Part shown: positions 53,501 to 64,000 of the stretch, in pieces
Layout: each line of letters opens with the position of its first letter
Position numbering within the stretch: position 1 is the stretch's first letter
DNA from: Octopus sinensis
Taxonomy: Eukaryota
Direction: 5' to 3'
Assembly: GCF_006345805.1 (NCBI RefSeq)
Contig: NC_043023.1
Span: 13,826,001-13,890,000, forward strand
DNA: 64,000 nt
Notes under the pieces: generated by a model
What the model saw: only the letters and a program-made list of their open reading frames with translations
What the model was told of the DNA's origin: nothing
Database searches by the model: none
Made by a program: the position numbers and the translations under genes

Positions 53501-55290
53501 TGCTGTATGTACTGACTCTTGAGCCACTACTGCGGAAACTGGCGACGCTGAGGGGCATCCCACGAGAGCTGGGATGCGGGAGGAGCGTGTCTGCATACGC
53601 GGATGACGTCACCGTCATAGTGTCGAGCTACGAGCTCATCGAGCTGGTCGGCGAGACACTGAAAGAATACGAAGCGTTAACGGGAGCAAAAATTAACCGG
53701 GAAAAGTCAGTGGGCTTGCGGCTCGGCACCTGGAGAAGCAAGCCCATGCCGTCCAACAGCGTCTCCATCGGGGACGCTGGACGGACGGACCGGTTAAATT
53801 GCTCGGGGTCTGGTTCGGTCCGGACCTCCAAATGGAGAAGAACTGGGGCGAGATAACGACTAGGGTGGCTACTCTCACCCAGAAATGGACTGAGAGAAAG
53901 CTATCCCTAAAAGGTCGGGCGGGGTGGCGAACGCGTACATCGCATCCGTCATCGAGTACCGTCTGACCGTCGTGCCTTGTCCCGACCCTACCATCACCAA
54001 ACTGGAACGCATACTCTTCCGCTTCTTGTGGAAGGGAACGTTCCGATGGTTAGGCGATCCATTTGCTGCCAACACCCGCTAAATGGAGGGCTGGGCATGC
54101 CGTGGTTGATGATGCGCAGACATGCGCTGAGACTGCGACATCTCCGGCGCTTCATAGACAACGGTGAACAGGGGTGGTCGCCTTTTGTGTGCGGCGCGCT
54201 TTCCCGCAGCTCGTCTCCTTGGACGAACTACAGTCATGGATCAAGCAGAGACCGAGGCTAGGCGAATGGCACCGTGAGTGTCGCGTTGCTCTCAAGCAAC
54301 TCTGCCGTCCGGGATCGAACTTGTGCGACTCCATCACAACAAAGGCATTCTATAGAGGATTAGTGGAGGGGAGGTGCGACGAACGAATCGGGCAGAGTCT
54401 GGGCGTCGACGAGGAACACCTGACCCGCCTGTTCAGGACAACTTTCGGGCCGGGACCTATGAACAATCACCAAAGATCCCTGGCCTGGCAGTGCTATCGA
54501 GAAGCATTACCTGTTCGGGATAAGCTCTACAGACACGGTTCCAGACACACTGGACCGACTTGCCCGAGATGCGGTCAGAGCGACGAAACCGTTCTGGCAC
54601 GCACTCGTGCAATGTCCAACCATATCCGACCTGTGGGCTTATGCCGAACGGCTGCTCTGTCACGTGTGGGACGAATCCGCCTATCGGCCGAGTCTATCGT
54701 GAGAATTGCTCCGCCCCCCCTTCCCTCAACCGGGAAGGCAAGGCAGTTTTCATCGTACTGGTGGCCATGGTGAAAGAATGTGTGTGGTGGACTCGAGCGA
54801 AAGGATTAGAGACAAACACTTACCTCTCTGGCCAATCGCTCATCAACTTTTCAAGTACCACTTGAAAAGGAAGGTGAGAATGGAGAGGGAAGTTTTGTCT
54901 CGCGAAAGATTCAAAAAAAGATGGGTGAATGTTGCAAAGATGGTGCGTGCTAGTAACGAAACCATTTTGAGCATGATCCTGTAGATCGTAAAAAAGAAAA
55001 AAAGAGAGCATTTTGACCTCATGTGTTTATTTCCTCCCTGACTGGGGCTCCCGTGGTCTTTTCTGTAGGCTTTTCTTCCCACGGATGAACCCAATCTTGT
55101 TATATCAATGTTTACAACCATTATTTCTGTGATACACGATTTTTTTTTTTTTTCCTTTTTTTTTCCTCCTCTCGATCCCTTTTGATCGCAATCTTACATT
55201 TTTTATTTTTTCCACCCTCGAAAAGAAAAGCTCTGCATTTGTATTTGTCCCCTCTCTGTATTCAGCCCTGTGTGGCTAATAAAAGAAAGT
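50521..55290 (+). mobile_element. Tx1/L1-clade LINE, 5' truncated within ORF1, frameshifted ORF2 (APE-RT-zinc finger), 3' UTR with AATAAA
   Basis: ORF1 knuckle CYICGSEQHLKKDC (CX2CX4HX4C); ORF2 LIAVYAPS, LVGDWNATLD, WTWSN, TDHK, SPGLDGLPYEFY, FRPITLLNADLKILAK, RQGCPLS, YADDVT, CPRCG. Confidence 0.93.
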
Positions 55291-55344
55291 TCTATCTATG
55301 TATCTATCTATCCATCTATCTATCTATCTATCTATCTATCTATG

Positions 55345-55386
<42 letters not shown>

Positions 55387-55418
55387 ATCTATCTATTTCT
55401 ATCTATCTGCATCTATCC

Positions 55419-55452
<34 letters not shown>

Positions 55453-55453
55453 G

Positions 55454-55488
<35 letters not shown>

Positions 55489-55529
55489 GTATCTATCTAT
55501 CCATCTATCTATCTATCTATCTATCTATG

Positions 55530-55560
<31 letters not shown>

Positions 55561-55605
55561 GTATCTATCTATCCATCTATCTATCTATCTATCTATCTAT
55601 CTATG

Positions 55606-55658
<53 letters not shown>

Positions 55659-55710
55659 GTCTATCTATGTATCTATCTATCTATCTATCTATCTATGTAT
55701 CTATCTATCC

Positions 55711-55767
<57 letters not shown>

Positions 55768-56000
55768 CCTATCTCTCTGTCTGTCTGTCTTTCTGTCTAC
55801 ATACCTACCTACCTATCTGTCTATCTATCTATCTATCTACCTACCTACCTACCTACCTACCTATCTATCCATCCATCTATCCACTTCTCTGTCTGTCTGT
55901 CCTCTCTCTCTCTCTATCTGTCTATCTATCTCCCTACCTATTTATCTATCTATCAGTCTGTCTGTCTGTCTATCCATCCATCCATCCATCTATCTATGTA
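55290..56000 (+). repeat. (TATC)n array, right flank of the Tx1 LINE
   Basis: Direct periodicity. Confidence 0.95.
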
Positions 56001-56099
56001 GCTAGCTAACAAGCTGCCTGCCTGCCTGTCTCTCCACCTCTCTCTCTCCATCTCTCTCACTCTGTCTCTCTCTCTCTTTCTCTCTATCTATTTATCTAT

Positions 56100-56328
56100 T
56101 TCTTTATTGCCCACAAGGGGCTAAACACAGAGGGGACAAACAAGGACAGACAAAGGGATTAAGTCGATTACATCGACCCCAGTGCGTAACTGGTACTTAA
56201 TTTATCGATCCCGAAAGGATGAAAGGCAAAGTCGACCTCCCCGGAATTTGAACTCACAACGTAACACAGATGAAATGCTGCTATGCATTTCGCCCGGCGT
56301 GCTAACGTTTCTGCCAGCTCGCCGCCTT
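56100..56328 (-). mobile_element. Full-length monomeric SINE family B
   Basis: Reverse complement: ggcggcgagctggcagaaacgttagcacgccgggcg...gccccttgtgggcaataaaga. Confidence 0.9.
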
Positions 56329-56464
56329 TTCTGGAGCAATGTGAAATGAAGTGTTTTGCTCAAGAACACAACACATCGCCCAGTCTATCTATTTATCTAT
56401 CTACATATCCACACACGTGTGTGTGTGCATGTATGTGTGTCTATATGGTGACTCAATCACTCTC

Positions 56465-57005
56465 TGAAAAGGAAAGTGAGAGTAGAGAGGCAAGTTTTGT
56501 CAAGCGAATGTTTTAAAAAAAGATGGGTGAATGTAGCAAGGATGGCACGTATGAATGACGAAGCCACCTTGAGCATAATCCTATGAACCCAGAAATTGAA
56601 AACAGAGGGTTACCCACTTGCAAACAAATGTGGTAACATATAACAATATTGACCGAGGTTACTGTGGTCTTTTCGTAGACTTTTCTTCCCACGGATAAAC
56701 CTTACCTGCTTCCCCCTTTACACCGTACATCACGACACTGTGATACACGATCCCTATTGATCGTTTTTTTTTCCACTTCCCCTTTTTTCCTCTTCTCCTT
56801 TTTCCTCTTTTTTCCTCTTTTTTCCTCTTTCTTTTCTTTTGTTTCTTTTCCTTTTTTATTCTTTTTTTCTTTTTTCCCTTTAACGATCCCTTTTGATCGA
56901 AAACCTACGCCACTTTATTTATTTATTTTTTTCTCATCCCCCAAAAGAAAAGCTCTACCTTATAATTTGTCCCATCTGTGTGCAGCCCTGTGTGGCCAAT
57001 AAAGA
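56465..57005 (+). mobile_element. 3' fragment of a related Tx1-clade LINE
   Basis: Resembles 54860-55290: ttttaaaaaaagatgggtgaatg, cttcccacggat, aaaagaaaagctct, cagccctgtgtggccaataaa. Confidence 0.8.
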
Positions 57006-57139
57006 TACTTTATTGCAAGGAAATTGTTTCCCCAGTGTCTGTCTGTCTGTCTCTTTGACCCAATCAGAGTTATTTTTCACACGCAAATGCACATGTAGCT
57101 ACATGTTTACATGTTGTAAGAGGTGACTGACTGCCATTT

Positions 57140-57830
57140 AAGCTTTCCTGCACCACCACTACCACCACCACCTCTACCACCTCCACAACTACCACCACCA
57201 CCATCAACACTACCACTTTCAACACTAGCAGCATTGCCACCACCATCACTACCACCACAACAACTACGACCACCACCACCACCTCTACTACAACCACCAC
57301 CACCACGACCACTGCCACCACCAACTCCACTACTACCACCACCACTACCACCTGCACCACCACCACCACTGCCACCTGCACCACCAGCACCACCACTGCC
57401 ACTATCAACCCCCCCGCCACCACAGCCACAACCACCACCACCAACACCACCATCACCACAACCACCACCACCACCACCACTGCCACCACCAACTCCACTA
57501 CTACCACCACCACTACCACCACCACCACCACCACTGCCACTATCACCCCCCCCCCAACCACTGCCCCAACCGCTGCCGCCACCACTACCACCATAGCCAC
57601 CACCGCTACCACCGCCACCACCATAACCACCACTGCTTCCACAGCCATTTCTACCATTATCACCACGACCATGACCATGACCACCACCTCTTCCATCACC
57701 AACAACACTTCCTCCACCACCACCATTTCCTCCACCCGCACCACCATAACTACCATGACATCCATCGCCACCAACACCACTATCAACATCACTGCCACCA
57801 TCATACCCTTCACCACCACCCTGTCTGCCT
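57140..57830 (+). repeat. (CCA)n-rich tract
   Basis: Direct periodicity; the poly-P/G/V ORFs here are artefacts. Confidence 0.9.
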
Positions 57831-58192
57831 GTCACAAATTTTCACCCACCTGTCGCATCTCCATGACAACAAACTAATCAAGTCACATGACATGTCAACA
57901 CACATAACAGTTGACAAACCTACCAGGAAGTTAATTATAACTTTGCTATCAGCATTGCCACTAGAGGCCAATCCCCAATGGGGAGGTCACGTGGACTTCC
58001 TGGTAACATGACTGTTGGTAGGGTGACACAAAGTATTTTGCGGTACCAAGTCTTTGTGTTTAAGAGTTCAAATCCTGCCAGTAATTAGTTTTACGTTTCG
58101 TTCATATGGGGTTGATAAAATAAAATAGCAGTGATATACTGGGGTAGATTTAATATTCCTATAAAACATCAAAGACGTCAATGGAATTTTAA

Positions 58193-58609
58193 GGCGGTGA
58201 GCTGGCAGAAACATTAGCACGCCGGGCGAAATGCTTAGCCGTATTTCATCTACCGTTACGTTCTGAGTTCAAATTCCGCCGAGGTCGACTTTGCCTTTCA
58301 TCATTTCGGGGTCAATAAATTAAGTACCGGTTACGCACTGGAGTCGATGTAATCGACTAAATACCTATGTCTGTCCTTGTTTGTCCCCTCTGTGTGTAGC
58401 CCCTTGTGGGTAATAAAGAAATAGGTATTTTGTCTGCCTTCACATTCTGAGTTCAAATTCCGCCGATGTTGACTTTGCCTTTCATCCTTTTGGGGGTCGA
58501 TAAATGAAGTACCAGTTACGCACTGGGGTCGATGTAATCGACTTAATCCCTTTGTCGGTCCTTGTTTGTCCCCTCTGTATTTAGCCCCTTGTGGGCAATA
58601 AAGAAATAA
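58193..58609 (+). mobile_element. Dimeric SINE family B with a probable 10-bp TSD
   Basis: ggaattttaa at 58183-58192 and ggaattataa at 58610-58619; the empty-site unit is seen at 58731-58740. Confidence 0.85.
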
Positions 58610-59181
58610 GGAATTATAATAGAAGACTAACACTAACTTTACCTTTCATTGATGTGGGGTGGATAAAATAAAGTAGCAGTGATATACTGGGGTAGATTTA
58701 ATATTCCTATAAAACATCCAAGATGTCAATGGAATTATAATAGAAGACTAACACTAACTTTACCTTTCATTGATGTGGGGTTGATAAAATAAAGTAGTAG
58801 TGAAATACTGGGGTAGATTTAATATTCCTATAAAACATTCAAGATGTCAATGGAGTTGTGAAAGAAAATTTATTGTATATTATAAATACAATATTTTACA
58901 ATATGTTTTGACACCCTGCATTGAGTTCATTTTTGTAAATATATCTAATTATTTATTATTTTCTTCTTTTGTGTCTCAGAATTCATTGTGGCAGATATTT
59001 AGCTCCGGACCAAAACTTGAATGGAAGTATGGAACGGATGCTCAGACACAGCCAGACGAGACCGTTGGAAACTACGGAGGCCCACTCCGAAAGTCGTGGG
59101 CCGCCCATCATTCGCCGATGTGGCAGCAGCTCAGATAGGAGCTAGACATGGCACGGTGCTCTTCGAGGCCCGAGGACGGAG

Positions 59182-59307
59182 ATGGGGGAGCAGCAGGCCC
59201 CGTTCCGAGAGCAACAGGGGCGGAGCGAGCCACCCACAAAAACATTGTGCGCTAGAAACCCAAAGTGCCGCCAACACCACCGCCACCACCACCACCACCA
59301 CCACACC

Positions 59308-59347
<40 letters not shown>

Positions 59348-59376
59348 TCAACACCACCATCATTATTACTAAATGC

Positions 59377-59407
<31 letters not shown>

Positions 59408-59543
59408 TAATAATAATATAATAATGGCAATAATAATGGTAGATGCATTGATAAGAAGGCAAGGTTGCACACTCGAATGCAAGTGCACAGTAGCGGTGCA
59501 TCAAAATGTGCAGCGGAAGCATGGAAGAAACTTTTAAAAACAG

Positions 59544-59602
<59 letters not shown>

Positions 59603-60091
59603 GACCCTTTTCCTAGTCATGATAATATGTGCAAACTGAGGGAGAAGCTTGTGAATGGGTACAGGGCCAAATTACCTGAGGATAAGTCAATGTGCATCCC
59701 CCACACAACTAGACTGTGGATGGAAGCCGTCAAACCAAGGACGTCTCGGCGGAGGAAGGTCTGTTTGACGCAGGCATCCCTGTTGTCTGTTTCCTGTTTT
59801 CTGAAGCTTCACCAGGCAGTCAGTTCCGGTACACCGTACATGGGAGCAAGGGATGCATCACGTGCTGATTCTCAGAAGACTAGGCCGTTCCTGTTCTTGA
59901 ATAATCAGGGCCTGAAGAAGGGCTCGAAATCAGGCAGGGCTAACCCGTGGGATAGAAGCTTGGCGTCAAAACTCGCCAAAGCAAAAGGGAAAGTTGGTGC
60001 TGGTGCTGGTGAACGGGGTGGTGCTGAGAAAGAGCTTAACAAGGAGTCTGGTAAAGAGAAGGAAGTGTCAGTGCCAAAAAAGAACCAAAGG
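59182..60091 (+). CDS. Large 5' coding exon of the CNBD2-like gene (acceptor at 58980); His/Asn-rich; apparent frameshift in (AAT)n near 59405-59420
   Basis: cAG acceptor after a pyrimidine tract at 58979; ORFs 59182-59421 and 59465-60091 join if two bases are restored in the AAT run; donor AGG|GTAAGT at 60092. Confidence 0.6.
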
Positions 60092-60161
60092 GTAAGTATT
60101 TTTTTAAATGCTTAGACAGGGGCAACTTCAGTAACCATGGCTGATCTTTTCATTTTTTCAG

Positions 60162-60249
60162 GTATCCTGAAACAAGTAGATAGCAGCAAAAAAATGTGTC
60201 CCTCAACTGAAGACATGACCAAAAGTTTACAACAGAGCAGAATCCACAA
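60162..60249 (+). CDS. Possible small or alternative exon of the CNBD2-like gene
   Basis: cattttttcAG acceptor; GILKQVDSSKKM... is open only with a phase-1 donor (such as 60051); with the strong 60092 donor it gives VS-stop. Confidence 0.3.
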
Positions 60250-60654
60250 GTGATTGCCTAGGGTCAAATTCTGGGTTTAAACTGGACAATTGATTAAATC
60301 TTCCAATCTTGTAGATTACAGCAGGATTTAAACTCAGAATCTAAAAATTCATTAGTCCATTGCTCTTTTCTGGTACTTTGTTTATCAGTCCTCTAAGACA
60401 GACAGACAGACACACACACACATGCATGCATGCACACACACATACACACAATGGGCTTCTTTAAGTTTCCATCTAGCAAATCCACTCATATGGCTTTGGT
60501 AGGCCTGAGGTTAGGATTTTCACTCTGATCTCATAAAACCCTTACCCACAACAACCCGAAACAGACCCGTGGTTTGGAGGGTTGCCACCTGGGTGGTGCA
60601 GAGGTAGCATCCACCCGGAGTAGGGAATTGGGAATTGCCAACAAATGGTGGATG

Positions 60655-60863
60655 CAACATGTGGTGATCACGGTTGATGTTTTCTTGGGTGGTGGCTGTG
60701 GCAGGAAGTCTGGACCATGAGTCATCTTCAAGACTCTCCCTACCTCTCTTGCCCACATTTGCACTGTTGGTAAAGTTGGAGCATCATCTCCTAATTTAGC
60801 AACCATATGAGAATGAATGTTCTTGGGGGCTAACCCCTTTATCTGCAGGTATTTGATAACACC
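60655..60863 (-). mobile_element. Decayed mariner transposase N-terminal fragment
   Basis: VIKYLQIKGLAPKNIHSHMVAKLGDDAPTLPTVQMWA, then frameshift, KRGRESLEDDSWSRLPATATTQENI, resembling the mariner HTH and FKRGRESLEDDPRSGRP linker. Confidence 0.8.
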
Positions 60864-61415
60864 TGAGACCCCCTTCGGTCATGAATGACCATGGGCTTGC
60901 ACCTAGAAAGTTACCCTCCCAGGTACAAGTCTGGGCATGGTTGTTTTATGGAAGACTAGCAGTCGCCCATGCATACCGGCCTCTCCTCTCCACGCCACCA
61001 GTGTTATCCAAGGGAAAGGCAAAGGGGCTGATACAGCTTGGCACCTGTGACATCGCAAGAAATAGAAAGAAATTAAAACAGTTTAAAAGAACTTTTGAAG
61101 TGATGTCGATAACAATATATTGTTTTTGTATTGCCTTAACTTTGAGAAGCCAACTTAAAGAGTTTTCTATTATTTTTTCTTATTAAAATATTGCGTAATG
61201 AAATCGGTTCATTCTTTTTGAATAGGTGCATGGGTGGCTGAGTGGTAAGAAGCTTGCTTACCAACCACATGGTTCCGGGTTCATTCCCACTGTGTGCCAC
61301 CTTGGGCAAGTGTCTTCTACTATAGCCTCGGGCCGACCAAAGCCTTTTTGTCTTTGGCTGCTATTTCTAAATTTTTGGTATGTGGTGAAGCAACTTCTTG
61401 CTTAACCCTTAAATA

Positions 61416-61447
<32 letters not shown>

Positions 61448-61450
61448 CGA

Positions 61451-62499
61451 CGACGGGCTTCTTTTCAGTTTCCGTCTACCAAATTCACTCACAAGGCTTT
61501 GGTCAGCCCAAGGCTATAGTAGAAGACACTTGCCCAAGGTGCCACGCAGTGGGACTGAACCCGGAACCATGTGGTTGGTAAACAAGCTACTTACCACACA
61601 GCCGCTCCTGAATATATATGTATATATATATGACAGGCTTCTTTCAGTTTCCGTCTACCGAATCCACTCACAAGGCTTTGGTCGGCCTGAGGCTATAGTA
61701 GAAGACACTTGCCCAAGGTGCCACGCAGTGGGACTGAACCCGGAACCATGTGGTTGGTAAACAAGCTACTTACCACACAGCCGCTCCTGAATATATATGT
61801 ATATATATATGACAGGCTTCTTTCAGTTTCCGTCTACCAAATCCACTCACAAGGCTTTGGTCGGCCCGAGGCTATAGTAGAAGACACTTGCCCAAGGTGC
61901 CACACAATGGGATTGAACCCGGAACCATGTGGTTGGTAAACAAGCTACTTACCACACAGCCGCTCCTGAATATATATGTATATATATATGACAGGCTTCT
62001 TTCAGTTTCCGTCTACCAAATCCACTCACAAGGCTTTGGTCGGCCCGAGGCTATAGTAGAAGACACTTGTCCAAGGTGCCACACAATGGGATTGAACCAG
62101 AACCATGTGGTTGGTAACAAGCTACTTACCACAACAGCCGCTCCTGAATTATATGTATATATAATACGACAGGCCTTCTTTTCAGTTTCCGTCTACCAAA
62201 TCCACTCACAAGGCTGTTGGTCGGCCCGAGGCTATAGTAGAAGACACTTGCCCAAGGTGCCACACAATGGGATTGAACCCGGACCATGTGGTGGTAAACA
62301 AGCTACTTACCACACAGCCACTCCTGCACCTATATATATACATATATACGACAGGCTTCTTTCAGTTTCCGTCTACCAAATCCACTCACAAGGCTTTGGT
62401 CGGCCCGAGGCTATAGCAGAAGACACTTGCCAAGGTGCCACACAATGGGATTGAACCCAGAACCATGTGGTTCGTAAGCAAGCTACTTACCTCACAGCC
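61451..62499 (-). mobile_element. Head-to-tail array of six SINE-A head units (179-bp period)
   Basis: Units start at about 61451, 61631, 61810, 61989, 62167 and 62349; an inverted head lies at 61235-61345. Confidence 0.92.
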
Positions 62500-62521
62500 A
62501 TTTACCTGTAATTATTTTCAG

Positions 62522-62711
62522 CCTCGAAATTCCTTGTTATGGTGGTTCAAAGTGATCAAGCGTATGTCGGCTGGCCTTGGACATGAAAATTCTGGCCATG
62601 TCCAGAACTGACCACGAAGCAGCGTCAGAGGCCTACTACCAATATGTCGTGGGGCCAAACACCGATGTCACGCTGTTCTTTGACAAGCGGCTCTTCTCGA
62701 GGAAACGTGGT
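62522..62711 (+). CDS. CNBD2-like exon; the frame of the first about 40 nt is unresolved
   Basis: attattttcAG acceptor; VCRLALDMK...YYQYVVGPNTDVTLFFDKRLFSRKRG; phase-0 donor GTGAGT at 62712. Confidence 0.65.
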
Positions 62712-63170
62712 GTGAGTAGTGATGGTCATTGTTGGACTTCTTTCCAAGTCTCTTATTTTTGCAGGCTATATGTATGTATGTGTGTATGTATGTATGTGTG
62801 TATGTATGTATGTACGTGTGTATGTATGTATGCATGTGTGTATGTGTGTATGTGTGTATGTATGTATGTATGTGTGTATGTAAGTGTGTATGTATGTATG
62901 TATGCATGTGTGTATGTATGTATGTACGTGTGTATGTATGTATGCATGTGTGTATGTATGTATGTATGTATGTATGTGTGTATGTATGTATGTACGTGTG
63001 TATGTATGTATGCATGTGTGTATGTGTGTATGTGTGTATGTATGTATGTATGTGTGTATGTAAGTGTGTATGTATGTATGTATGTATGTATGTATGTATG
63101 TATATATGTATGTATGTATGTATGTATGTGTATATGTATGTATGTATGTATGTATGTATGCATGTATGTG

Positions 63171-63202
<32 letters not shown>

Positions 63203-63397
63203 TGTGTGTGTGTATGTATGTATGTATGTATGTATGTGTGTGTGTATGTATGTATGTATGTATGTATGTATGTATTATGTATGTGGGCATATAAGTGTAT
63301 ATCTGTCTAGCTATCTACCTGTCTATCAGTATATCTAATCTGTCTATCTATCTTCCACCTCTCTCTCCAGCTGTGTGTCTGTCTGTCTACCTGTCTG

Positions 63398-63486
<89 letters not shown>

Positions 63487-63742
63487 ATATCTATCTATCT
63501 ATCTATCTGTTTAGCTGTCTGTCTACCTGTCTGTCTGTCTATCTGTCTATGTATCTGTCTCTCTGAAGAAGCTACAGAAATAGCCAAAACTGAATGTTCA
63601 GTCTAGGGAATTCTTGAGTCAGTGTTGGTGGGGTGATTACACACACACACACACATATATATATATATGTATATATAAATATGTGTGTATATGTATATAT
63701 AATATAATATATATACATATATAAATTTATATATATATATAT

Positions 63743-63774
<32 letters not shown>

Positions 63775-63799
63775 ATATATATACATATACACACATATT

Positions 63800-63831
<32 letters not shown>

Positions 63832-63893
63832 ATTTTTTTTTTTTTAATGTATATATATATATATATATGTGATTTTTATCCTTTTAGTCACAG

Positions 63894-64000
63894 GTCCCTT
63901 TGTGGGCCCAAGCCATCACCGTCAAGAAGCCTCAGGCCCGCACCGATAAGGAGTTGGACAGCCTCGATGAGCTGATGATGACCGTACGGTCGTACAGGGA
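63894..64000 (+). CDS. CNBD2-like exon running off the window, helical region preceding the first cNMP-binding domain
   Basis: Acceptor tttagtcacAG (alternative in-frame acceptor at 63888); VPLWAQAITVKKPQARTDKELDSLDELMMTVRSYR resembles CNBD2 KKPSWRTEDEI...LDSYR as recalled. Confidence 0.65.

Noticed and set aside
59905-59940. CTGAAGA...GAAA hammerhead-like string
   Set aside because: It lies within coding sequence and has no stem I pairing
62553-62555. Selenocysteine UGA in the CNBD2-like exon
   Set aside because: The 3' UTR is outside the window so no SECIS can be assessed, the family is not a known selenoprotein, and indel error explains it more simply

Overview
This is eukaryotic, very repeat-rich DNA, probably an Octopus genome (inferred from the SINE families, microsatellite load and poly-Asn/His coding tracts). 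It contains a complete 3-exon ALKBH5 m6A RNA demethylase gene on + (CDS 1489-2270, 28953-29033, 30019-30877; 573 aa; 26.7 kb intron 1). It also contains the 5' part of a second + strand gene, a probable CNBD2-like cyclic-nucleotide-binding protein (exons about 58980-60091, 62522-62711, 63894-end), with apparent frame disruptions. The remainder is a nested mosaic of mobile elements: a near-full CR1 LINE, a 4.8 kb Tx1/L1-clade LINE, R4/Dong, RTE, Penelope-type and mariner fragments, several modular tRNA-SINE families, Helentron-type HINEs, piggyBac-like MITEs and satellites. Best leads: (1) a tRNA-SINE whose 3' tail matches the Tx1-clade LINE in the same window and which forms multimers with one fixed junction; (2) three LINE clades sitting inside microsatellites; (3) a minimal hammerhead ribozyme; (4) two long near-perfect hairpins that could be ADAR substrates; (5) tandem ZNF143-type sites plus a TISU/YY1 start context at ALKBH5. 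All homology calls are from recognition by eye, not database searches. The assembly appears to carry indel errors.
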